This document shows, piece by piece, positions 29,190-38,900 of a stretch of 64,000 bases of DNA. A program made the translations under genes and the position numbers. The first letter of the stretch is position 1, and every line of letters starts with the position of its first letter. The DNA is from an uncultured Bacilli bacterium. GTDB lineage: Bacteria > Bacillota_I > Bacilli_A > RF39 > UBA660. The stretch spans positions 236,152 to 300,151 of the forward strand of contig CAKOXC010000001.1 in the NCBI GenBank assembly GCA_934129945.1, written 5' to 3'. Under the pieces are notes generated by a model, which did no database searches, was not told where the DNA came from, and was given only the letters and a program-made list of their open reading frames with translations.

Positions 29190-31055
29190 GTGATAATTAT
29201 TCAAATAATTGATAAGAGTACTATCGTAGTTACAACTAGTGATGAATTAAAACAGGCACTAAGTGAAGATAATGGTTATGAATATGTATATTTAGGAAAC
29301 AATATTACTGCTACAAGTGGAATTATTATAAATAGTAACAAGGGTAAAATTATTATTGATGGAACATATAATAATACAAAATATACTTATACAAATAATT
29401 TAAGTTCAGAAGAAACAGTTATAAAAGTAAGTACAACTAATAAAAAAATTATATTAAAAAATATGAATATAGTATCTTCGCATGGTTATGGTGTCATTTA
29501 TGTACCATCTCATCCAAACTACTCTAATGTAGTTGTAGAATATAATAATATAAATTTTAGTGGAATCGAACTTTCACAAAACTATTATGGAACCACTAAA
29601 ATTATAGATTCTATTTTAGAAATAAAAGATACTAACAATGTTTCTGCACAAAGAGCCTGTAATTCCAATAGAATCATAATAGATGGAAATACAACAATTA
29701 CAAGTGATTCAGAAACAAATACAATTTTCTTTTTTAATGATGTTATACCATCGTTAGTTAAAATTATGCCAAATAGCAGGGTAAATATAACCACTAATAG
29801 AGAATTTATGAATGGAACTAATAGGATGGATTTAATAGTAGGCCATGGTGCAGAATTTCTTTTAACAACAGGAAATGGATTTGCAATTACTACTACTCAT
29901 GGAGCTAGAAATGTTTTAATAGAAGAAATGGCTGAATTTACATTTATTGAAAAAGACCATAAAAGAGTCCCAATGTGGAATGTATTTGGTGATTTTAAAG
30001 TTTCAGAAGGGGCGAGCTTATCAGTAATAAATACATATATGACAACACCGACTGATAACTATAATATTTATTTTAAAGGAACTAATCAAAAGTTTATACT
30101 AGATAATCCAAAAAATGTTAATATTTATACTAAAAATGCTAATGTGGTTTATACAAATAATCCTGTTGATTTTGAATTTAATTTTAGTAGAATTAATATG
30201 TGGGTATATGCACTTGACTATAGTTCTGCTTGCAATATTGATGACACACCAGCTTTTTATTGGTATAAAGAAAATACACCAGCTAAAATAACAGGAGTGT
30301 TAAATAAAGATAATACTACAGTTACATCACATAATTTTACAGACGCTGAGTTAAGTTCAATATCAGATATAAATAATTTTTCGTTCCAAGATAAAAAAAT
30401 ATTATCTATTGGAATGCACAAGATAAATATTCACCCAATTACAAATTCTCAAACGGCCATTTCAGGTCATACTACACCATATGCAAATGTTAAAATAGAA
30501 TATAATAATAAAAGCTTATCAACAGTCGCAGATGAAACTGGCTTGTTTGAAGTAAGTATTGATTCTACTATTTTAGATAATACAAGAGTTAAAATAACCT
30601 CTTGTTTAAATAGTTGTTTTAGTGAAAGAAAAGTAACAACTCCTTTTATGGGCGAGTTGACACTTTTAAAAGTAACAGTAAATATTCCGTTTAGTATGAT
30701 ACCTTCCTCAACTAATCCAGTTATATTATCTAAAAAAAATGAAACAGTGGTAACTGTAATTGATAGTAGGGTAAATAGTACTAAATGGAAACTATATTTA
30801 AATTATATAAATCCAATGATAGAGGCAACTGGTAAAGTGTTAATAGATTCATTATTTTTTAAAAAATTTAATAATGATGAAATTCTTTTAAAAACAAATA
30901 AAAAAATAATATATGAATCAAATGATAATGGTGGAAATGTAACTGTTAGCAATGTTACGTTTTCAGTCGATAAAGGATTGTTATTAAAGCCTAGCAGAGA
31001 TTTGCTTGAAAATGAAGATTATTCTACATTAATAGTTTGGAGTGTTGAGGCATAA
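29190..31055 (+). CDS. large Asn/Thr-rich hypothetical protein (621 aa); start codon uncertain
   Basis: Long ORF immediately after the collagen-like gene; no in-frame ATG near the RBS aaggaagg (candidates GTG 29190, ATA 29193, ATT 29196). Confidence 0.5.
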   Translation: MIIIQIIDKSTIVVTTSDELKQALSEDNGYEYVYLGNNITATSGIIINSNKGKIIIDGTYNNTKYTYTNNLSSEETVIKVSTTNKKIILKNMNIVSSHGYGVIYVPSHPNYSNVVVEYNNINFSGIELSQNYYGTTKIIDSILEIKDTNNVSAQRACNSNRIIIDGNTTITSDSETNTIFFFNDVIPSLVKIMPNSRVNITTNREFMNGTNRMDLIVGHGAEFLLTTGNGFAITTTHGARNVLIEEMAEFTFIEKDHKRVPMWNVFGDFKVSEGASLSVINTYMTTPTDNYNIYFKGTNQKFILDNPKNVNIYTKNANVVYTNNPVDFEFNFSRINMWVYALDYSSACNIDDTPAFYWYKENTPAKITGVLNKDNTTVTSHNFTDAELSSISDINNFSFQDKKILSIGMHKINIHPITNSQTAISGHTTPYANVKIEYNNKSLSTVADETGLFEVSIDSTILDNTRVKITSCLNSCFSERKVTTPFMGELTLLKVTVNIPFSMIPSSTNPVILSKKNETVVTVIDSRVNSTKWKLYLNYINPMIEATGKVLIDSLFFKKFNNDEILLKTNKKIIYESNDNGGNVTVSNVTFSVDKGLLLKPSRDLLENEDYSTLIVWSVEA

Positions 31056-31108
31056 TTCCTTTACAAAAGAAATTTCGATTCATAAAATATATTGTAATGA
31101 GGTGAATT

Positions 31109-31468
31109 ATGACAAGCGATTATATTTATATTAAACTTTGTAGTAGTGAAAGTATGTGTCTTAGTAATTTAAAAATAAAACTAGAAGATAAATGTAATGA
31201 GATTGTTTTTGATGGAATAACAGATAATTTTGGAAAAGTAAAAATACCAGTATGTAGTAATGAGGTATATAAATTATTCGTATATTCTAATTTATCGATT
31301 TTAAAAGTACCTTTAATTGCAAGAAAAAATGAGATTTATTGTATAAATATTAGCAGTAATAAAAGAAAAAAACATCTTGTTACAGTTTTGTTAAAAGATA
31401 AATATTATCCAAATATAAAAATAGAAAGAGGTAAGATGATACTATGGCAAGACATACAATTTCAATAA
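31109..31468 (+). CDS. hypothetical protein (119 aa)
   Basis: ORF with RBS; Cys-containing; no motif recognised. Confidence 0.4.
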   Translation: MTSDYIYIKLCSSESMCLSNLKIKLEDKCNEIVFDGITDNFGKVKIPVCSNEVYKLFVYSNLSILKVPLIARKNEIYCINISSNKRKKHLVTVLLKDKYYPNIKIERGKMILWQDIQFQ

Positions 31469-31989
31469 CAAATGGTAAAGGAAGTATTGAACTTGTTACA
31501 GGTACATATAGTGCCCAAGCTGTTGCTGGTGGATATGATGCATCAACACTAGATCCAAAAAGTGTAACAATTGTAGACGGAACACCAACGTATGCTTTTA
31601 CTATAAGTGCAAATGGAACTTTAACTTTGCATGTTACAGATACAGGTGATCCTAATACTGGAGTACAAATTGTTGGGGCTAAATTTATAAGAACAGATAG
31701 TACAGGAACGATAGTTGGAAATGAAATAACAACTAATGAAGATGGTAATGCGGTCTTTAATAATGTCCCATTTGCTGAAACAGGAAGTACAGCAATATAT
31801 TATAAACAAATATCAAGTGATGGTGGACACACATTTGATGATACTGTTAAATCAATTGTTATGACTGAATCTTCTGAAACAGTACAAATAACAAATCCAA
31901 CAGCACCAGAAAGAAACTTCACGTTGATGGATGCAAGTTACCCTAATATACCGGTTATAGATGGCCAAATAATACTTGAAGATAATTAA
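31444..31989 (+). CDS. hypothetical Thr/Gly-rich beta-strand protein (181 aa)
   Basis: ORF overlapping upstream gene; composition suggests an Ig-like or surface domain. Confidence 0.45.
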   Translation: MARHTISITNGKGSIELVTGTYSAQAVAGGYDASTLDPKSVTIVDGTPTYAFTISANGTLTLHVTDTGDPNTGVQIVGAKFIRTDSTGTIVGNEITTNEDGNAVFNNVPFAETGSTAIYYKQISSDGGHTFDDTVKSIVMTESSETVQITNPTAPERNFTLMDASYPNIPVIDGQIILEDN

Positions 31990-32069
31990 TAAAGAAGCAA
32001 TAAATTATAAATTTGCTTCTTTTTATATTTATTATAAAAAAATATTGATAGTAAAAGCGAAAAATTATA

Positions 32070-32318
32070 ATGGAAAGGGAAAAAATAAACAAAACGGAAA
32101 GTAATTCAAATCTTATTATTAAATTAATTAAAATTTTAGGAATCACTTTGGGAACACTTATTTTTATATTAGGTTGTATAATAGGCATATATTTTTACAC
32201 TACTAATTACTATGAAAGTGAACTTGTTTCCACTGGAGAAGAAAGAATTTGTTATTACAAAGGTAAAATCAGTAATTATATTGAAGATAATGGTGGAGTA
32301 TGTTTAGATGAAAAGTAA
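32070..32318 (+). CDS. small membrane protein (82 aa)
   Basis: One strong TM helix; weak evidence. Confidence 0.3.
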   Translation: MEREKINKTESNSNLIIKLIKILGITLGTLIFILGCIIGIYFYTTNYYESELVSTGEERICYYKGKISNYIEDNGGVCLDEK

Positions 32319-32440
32319 TAGTAAATGCTGTAATATTTAGTTATTTAAATTTTAAATTTGAAATTAATGAAAGTCGTAAATCTTCAATAATTATTGTATA
32401 TTCTTTTCCATTTTAGTATAATTATTTCAGGAGGATTAAT

Positions 32441-33016
32441 ATGAAAAAGAGAGTTTTATTTATTGTTTTATGTGGTATGTTTTTAGTTACTCTATCTGGA
32501 TGTTCTAAGACTGAAACAAAAAAAGAAGATAGTAGCAAAACTAAGGAAACTACAAAAAAAGAAGACAATAAAAAGTCTACAAAAGTTATCGAGTATATAA
32601 GCAAACTTGATAACAATAGTACACTTGAAGACGTTAACAAACTAATTGGTTTTGATGGAGTTGTTGATAGTGACAATGACAAAAAATATGTTTGGGATGT
32701 AACAGAAACTTCTAGCTTAACAGCAACATTTTCAAATAAAGGTTATACAAGTATTGAAATTGATATTGAAGATGAACTATTAAAAAATGATAAAGTTGAT
32801 TTTTCAAAATATGAAGAAATAAGTTCAGCTTTAAAAAATGGTGATACTGTAACTTATGATGATTTTAAAGAAAAAGTTGGTGGAGTAGATGGTACTCCTG
32901 TTACAAAAAGCTATATAAGTACATCTTATAAGTGGGTAAATAAAAAAGGTGGATATTTAAAAGCATCATTCAACAATAAAACTAAAAAATGTACTTTTGT
33001 ATCTGGAAGAATTTAA
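32441..33016 (+). CDS. lipoprotein (paralog of 56534-57136)
   Basis: Signal peptide with lipobox LSGC; C-terminal region alignable with ICE-borne ORF 56534 (KNDKVDFSK...GGV.GT...W...G...A.FN...KCT). Confidence 0.7.
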   Translation: MKKRVLFIVLCGMFLVTLSGCSKTETKKEDSSKTKETTKKEDNKKSTKVIEYISKLDNNSTLEDVNKLIGFDGVVDSDNDKKYVWDVTETSSLTATFSNKGYTSIEIDIEDELLKNDKVDFSKYEEISSALKNGDTVTYDDFKEKVGGVDGTPVTKSYISTSYKWVNKKGGYLKASFNNKTKKCTFVSGRI

Positions 33017-33110
33017 ATAATAATAATGAAAAAAACTTATTAAAATTATAAGTTTTTTTTCATTATCATATAATTTAATGGTATAATTAATTTAGAAAGA
33101 GGTGTAAAAG

Positions 33111-34331
33111 GTGTTTTGTGAGAAATGCGGAACTAAAAATGATAGTTCAAACAAATTTTGCGAAAAGTGTGGAAATAAACTTGAACCAGAAGTAAAAGAA
33201 ACTAAAAAAACAGTAAAAAAAGAAAATACTTCTAGTGTTAAAGATAAATTAAATACTTTAAGCAAGAAACAAAAAATTATTGGAGGAGTAGTAGGACTTG
33301 TAGTAATCATTTTAATTGTATTGTATGCAATTGGTTCTAAAATGACAAGTTTAGAAACTATTGGATCAAAAGCTTTTGAAGAATTAGCAAGTAAATCAAA
33401 AATAAGCAATAAATACTTATCTGTTCCATTAGATAGTAAAGATTATTTTATATCACTTGCTGATACAATGAAAAACGAAATCAAAGATGAAGATATAGCA
33501 TTTGATTATAGTAATTATACAGTTACAACAACAAATAAAAAAATTACAATTAAATATAAAGATAATGATGCTGATGAAAAATACAAAGTTGTATTTAAGA
33601 TTAAAAAATCTGGTAAATCATTATTAGTATTTGATAAATATGTAATTACTAAAGTTTCTGTTTTAGCTGAAGACGATTATGATGAAGTTACATTATATGA
33701 TCCTGAAAATGCTGAAAAATTAACTTTATCAACAATTAAAAATTCTAAAATAACTGTTGATGGAAAAGAACTTGATAAAACATATTTAGATTCAAAGAAA
33801 TCTGATAAAGATAATGATGTATATGTTATCAATGGTATTGTTAAAGGTGATTACAAAGTTAACTTTACTATTGGAAAATTAAACTTTGAGAAAAAAGTTT
33901 ATGTTTATTCAAAAGAAGATAATGAATATGATTTAACTAATTATATTTCATCATCATATTTAACAGATGATAAAGAATTTGCTAAAAATTTCAAAACTTA
34001 TATTTCAACATATTATGAATATGTAAATGATAGTTCTAAAACTGTTGATGATTTTGATAAAAAATACAAATCTTCTGATGATGTAAAAGATTTATTTGCT
34101 GATTCAAAAGAGTCTGCTGCAAACGTTGCATCATTTAAAATTGATGAAGTAGAATTACGTTCATTATATTACTATTCATCTGATGAAGAAATTTCAGTAT
34201 CTTATAAGGTTAATTATACTTATAAATTAACTGATAGTGATAGTGAAAAATCAAATTATAGTTTAGTTAGAGTTACATATGACTTAAGTAATTTAGAAGT
34301 TCCTAAAGATTTAAGTTATATGCCATATTAA
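33111..34331 (+). CDS. zinc-ribbon membrane-anchored protein
   Basis: N-terminal CEKCGT...CEKCGN zinc ribbon, one TM, large extracytoplasmic domain. Confidence 0.6.
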   Translation: MFCEKCGTKNDSSNKFCEKCGNKLEPEVKETKKTVKKENTSSVKDKLNTLSKKQKIIGGVVGLVVIILIVLYAIGSKMTSLETIGSKAFEELASKSKISNKYLSVPLDSKDYFISLADTMKNEIKDEDIAFDYSNYTVTTTNKKITIKYKDNDADEKYKVVFKIKKSGKSLLVFDKYVITKVSVLAEDDYDEVTLYDPENAEKLTLSTIKNSKITVDGKELDKTYLDSKKSDKDNDVYVINGIVKGDYKVNFTIGKLNFEKKVYVYSKEDNEYDLTNYISSSYLTDDKEFAKNFKTYISTYYEYVNDSSKTVDDFDKKYKSSDDVKDLFADSKESAANVASFKIDEVELRSLYYYSSDEEISVSYKVNYTYKLTDSDSEKSNYSLVRVTYDLSNLEVPKDLSYMPY

Positions 34332-34349
34332 TAATTAGGAGGAAAGAAA

Positions 34350-35219
34350 ATGGCTTTTTGTAAAAAGTGTGGAAAAGAATTAAAAAAAGGTGAAAAATGT
34401 TCTTGTGAAACTGAAGTTAGATTTTGTAAGAACTGTGGAAAAAAATTAGTTGGAGATGAAGTTTGTGATTGTGAAAAAGAAACAGCAACTTCTACTCATA
34501 CAACTGGATTTGATTTCGTAGAAACTATGAAAAATATCAAAGATGATATGTTATCATCAATTAAAAATCCAGTTAGCGTTGTAAAAGAAAATACTGATAA
34601 AGTAAATATGCCAAAAACTTATATTGTATTAGTTTTAATAGCTTTAACTTTTGGCTTATTTATAGCTAGTTTATGCAAAACTCTATTTGCAACATTAGTA
34701 TCTACAATGATGGGTAGTATGTCATCATTAGTAAAAACTTCAGATATAATGGATGCTATTAAAATTCCATATGTTAAAATTATAGCTTATGGTGCTATTA
34801 TATTTGCAATTATGTTATTTGCTTATGCATTAGTTATGCTAATTGTACCAGCAATATTTAAAAATAAAAAAATAGATTTCAAAAAATCTTTAACATTAAC
34901 AACTACTGCATATGCTCCACTTGCAATAGTAAACTTAATTTGTGCTATTTTAGGTTTCTTAGGATTAAATGCTGGATTTGTATTAATATTATTCTTAATT
35001 GCTAACATGATAGTTACATACAACTTTGTTTACTCTTATGCAGATTATACAAAAGTAGATAGTAATAAATTTGGTTATGCAATTACATTATTAGTAATAC
35101 TTGCATCTATAGCTGTTGGTATTTGTACATATGCTTTATCAAATAGTATGGTTAAATCTATTTCTCAAGATATAGTAGATGTTGATACTGATGATCTTAA
35201 AGATTTATTAGATTACTAA
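34350..35219 (+). CDS. double zinc-ribbon polytopic membrane protein
   Basis: CKKCG..C.CE and CKNCG..CDCE ribbons followed by about 5 TM helices. Confidence 0.6.
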   Translation: MAFCKKCGKELKKGEKCSCETEVRFCKNCGKKLVGDEVCDCEKETATSTHTTGFDFVETMKNIKDDMLSSIKNPVSVVKENTDKVNMPKTYIVLVLIALTFGLFIASLCKTLFATLVSTMMGSMSSLVKTSDIMDAIKIPYVKIIAYGAIIFAIMLFAYALVMLIVPAIFKNKKIDFKKSLTLTTTAYAPLAIVNLICAILGFLGLNAGFVLILFLIANMIVTYNFVYSYADYTKVDSNKFGYAITLLVILASIAVGICTYALSNSMVKSISQDIVDVDTDDLKDLLDY

Positions 35220-35252
35220 AAAAATTACTGTTAACAAATGTTAACAGTTTTT

Positions 35253-35840
35253 TTATTGCATTAATATTTTTTTAATAGCATCATATAAGTATGGTTTATA
35301 TTCTTTAATAGATAATGGTTCATGTTTCATAATACAAGAAAAACAAGTTGAACTTGTAAGTTCTATTATCATAAATAAAGTTACTTCAGGATTTTCAAGC
35401 TTTATATTGTTTTCTTCCATTCCTTTTAAAAATATTTCTTTTACTCCAATACTATTTTCTCCAATTAATTTATTTATTTTTTCACTATAAAGTCCAAATG
35501 ACAAATTTTTGGATATAAATTTTAATAAAAGCTTATTTTTAGTTAATTCATCAATTACGTAATCAATAACAAATATTATTTGATCATAAAATGAATCAAA
35601 TTTTTTCTTATTTAATTTTTTTATTGCATCATGAAATAATTTATAAGACTTTCTTGCAATTAATTGCTCTTGTAGATCGTATTTGTCTTTAAAGTATAAA
35701 TAAAATGTTCCTTTACCAACACCAGCTTTATCAGCAATTTCCTGAATTGAAGTGTCTTTAATACCTTTTTCAGTAAATAATTTAAATGCTGTTTCAAATA
35801 AACTATTTTCCTTTTCTTTTTTATTTTCTATAGCTTTCAT
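35253..35840 (-). CDS. TetR/AcrR-family transcriptional regulator
   Basis: HTH region SIQEIADKAGVGKGTFYLYFKDKYDL; divergent from MMPL transporter. Confidence 0.85.
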   Translation of the reverse strand: MKAIENKKEKENSLFETAFKLFTEKGIKDTSIQEIADKAGVGKGTFYLYFKDKYDLQEQLIARKSYKLFHDAIKKLNKKKFDSFYDQIIFVIDYVIDELTKNKLLLKFISKNLSFGLYSEKINKLIGENSIGVKEIFLKGMEENNIKLENPEVTLFMIIELTSSTCFSCIMKHEPLSIKEYKPYLYDAIKKILMQ

Positions 35841-35918
35841 ATAACCACCTTATTTTAATATATTATAGCAAATCCGAATAGATTTGTAATCTTTTTTCAA
35901 TAATATCATACAATATTA

Positions 35919-35967
35919 TTGACTAATGGTCAAGAATATGATAATATGTTAACTGACTGGTGGTCAG
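35919..35967. promoter_or_regulatory. two related palindromes (TTGACtaatgGTCAA and CTGACtggtgGTCAG) in the TetR/MMPL divergent intergenic region; candidate TetR operators
   Basis: Perfect 5-N5-5 inverted repeats 20 bp apart, between divergent genes. Confidence 0.5.
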
Positions 35968-35982
35968 AAAAGAGGAGAAGAT

Positions 35983-38900
35983 ATGAATAAATTAGGAGAA
36001 AAAATTTGTAAACATAAAAACCTCATAATTATTTTGACTGTAATTTTATTAATTCCAGCACTAATAGGAATGTATAAAACAAAAATTAATTATGATATTT
36101 TGGTTTACTTACCTGAAGATATTGAAACAATAAAAGGTGAGAACATTTTAACAGATGATTTTAACATGGGGGCATTTGCAATCACTATTGTTGACAATAT
36201 GGCAGACAAAGACGTATTAACTTTGGAAAGTAAAATAAGAGATATAGATGGAGTAAATAAAGTCGTAAGTATCGACGATATTACGGGAACAACTATTCCA
36301 CTAGAATTTATACCTTCTGATATTACTGAAAAAGTAGCAAAAGGTAATTCTAAATTAGTACTTGTAACATTTAATGAGTCAACGAGTGATGATGTAACAT
36401 TAGATGCCGTTCAAGACTTACGTAATCTTGTAAAAAATACTGCTAAAGTTGGTGGTATGAGTGCTATGGTACTTGATACAAAAGAATTATTTAATAGTGA
36501 AATGGCATTATATGTTGCTATTGCTGTAGTTTTATGTATCATGGTTTTAATGATTTCACTAGATTCTTATCTAGTACCTATATTACTTATTGCTAATATT
36601 GGAGTTGCTATTTTATTCAATATGGGAAGTAACATTTTCCTTGGAGATATTTGTTATATTACTAAAGCAATTAGTGCTGTATTACAACTTGGGGTAACAA
36701 CAGACTTTTCTATATTCTTGTATCATAAATACGAAAAAGCTAAAAAAGAAAATAAAGACATAAATAAAGCAATGTCAATTGCAATACATGAAACTTTAGT
36801 ATCAGTGTTTGGTAGTTCAATAACAACTATTGCAGGTTTCTTAGCATTGTGTACAATGAACTTAAAATTGGGTACTGATATAGGTATTGTTATGGCAAAA
36901 GGTGTAGTATTTGGATTATTATGTGTAATTACATTATTCCCAGCATTACTTTTAATTTTTGATAAACAAATAGAAAAAACTAAACATAAAGAAATACTTC
37001 CAAAATTTACAAGAGTTAAGAATTTTGTAATGAAAAATTATAAAATTATATTCGTAGTATTCTTATTATTACTATTCCCAGCATATAAAGCTCAATCAAA
37101 AACTAGTGTATATTATAAACTTGATGAATCTATTCCAGATGATTATGGTTATACAATAGCTACAAAGGCTTTAAAAGAAGATTATGATATTGTTTCACAA
37201 GAATTAATATTAGTATCTAAAGATATGTCAAATTCAGATATGAATATGATGGTTAATGAGATAAAGGATATTGATGGCATTAATTTAGTTCTAAGTCCAT
37301 CTTCATTAAGTGAATATGGATTAAGTGAAGAAATGTTATCAGATGATATTAAAGATATTTATCAAACAGATAAGTATAAAATGGTATTAGTAAATTCTAC
37401 ATATGATATAGCTACTGAAGAATTAAATGATCAAATTACAAAAGTAAATAATATAGTAAAAAAATATGATGAAAATTCAATAGTAGCTGGTGAAGGTCCT
37501 TTAATGAAAGATCTTGTAGAGATTACTGATCAGGACTTTAAAAATGTTAATACAACGAGTATAGCTGTAATATTTGTATTGATGTTAATAGTATTGAAAT
37601 CAATTTCTTTGCCAGTATTATTAGTTACAGCAATTGAGTTTGCAATATTTATAAACATGGGTGTTCCATATTTTACAGGAACAGAAATTCCATTTATTGC
37701 TTCAGTTGTAATTGGTACTATCCAATTAGGGGCTACTATTGACTACGCAATATTAATGACAACTAAATACTTAGAAGAAAGACAAAAAGGAACGAGTAAA
37801 GAAGATTCTATAAAAATAGCATTAGATAACTCAGTTACTTCAATTGTTGTTAGTGGGTTATGTTTCTTTGCAGCAACTATTGGAGTTGGAGTAGTTTCTA
37901 AAATTGATATGATTGGATCACTTTGTACACTTATTTCAAGAGGAGCTATTATAAGTATGATAGTAGTAATTACAGTAGTTCCATCACTTCTAATGATTTT
38001 TGATAAATTAATTTGTAAAACAACACTTGGATTTAATAAAAAAGAAAGGAAAATAAATATGAAAAAGAATATAAAAAAAATGGATTCATGGGCTTTGATA
38101 GCTATGTTAATGACACCAGCATTACCAGTTAGTGCGTTAACTAAAGATGAAACTGTATATTCAAAATTAGAAACAAATGGTGATACAAAATACACCATTG
38201 TTACTGAACATTTAATAAATGATAAAGAAGAAAACAATTTAATAGATTCTACAGATTTAAAAGATATAATTAATACCAATGGTAGTGAAAAATATACTAT
38301 TGATGGTGATAATATTGTATGGAGTTCAAATAAAAAAGATATTTACTATAAAGGAAGCACAGAAAAAGAATTACCTGTTACATTAAAAGCAACTTATAAA
38401 TTTGATGGAAAAGAATCAGATGTAAAAGATATGCTTGGTAAAAAGGGTAATGTTGAAATAACTTTAACTTATAAAAATTCAGATAAACATGTTGTTAATG
38501 GTTCAACAATGTATACTCCATTTGTAGTAACAACTGCTACAACTTTTGATTCAACTACTACATCTAATTTAAAAGTAACTAATGGTAAAGTAGTTTCAAA
38601 TGGTAAAACTTATGCAGTAGCAGCAATAGCAACTCCAGGATTATATGAAAGTTTAAATATTAGTGAATTAAAAGATATGGACACTATTAAAATTACATTT
38701 GATACAACTGATTTTGAATTAAGTAGCATATATTCAATGGTTAATGCCAAATTAATTGATAGTAGTGATTTAAAAGTATTTAATGAATTAGATTCATTAT
38801 ATTCTAAAGTAGATACTTTAAAATCTAGTAGTGCTAAACTTGTAAATGGTTCAAAAGAATTAACTAATGGTGTTAAACAAATTAGAAGTGCTGTAATTGC

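Noticed and set aside
27948-31989. Collagen-like gene cluster as a prophage tail-fibre module
   Set aside because: No capsid, terminase, portal, tail tape-measure or lysis genes are adjacent. A BclA-type C-terminal domain and the spore-former context favour an exosporium or surface protein. This remains unresolved without the flanks.
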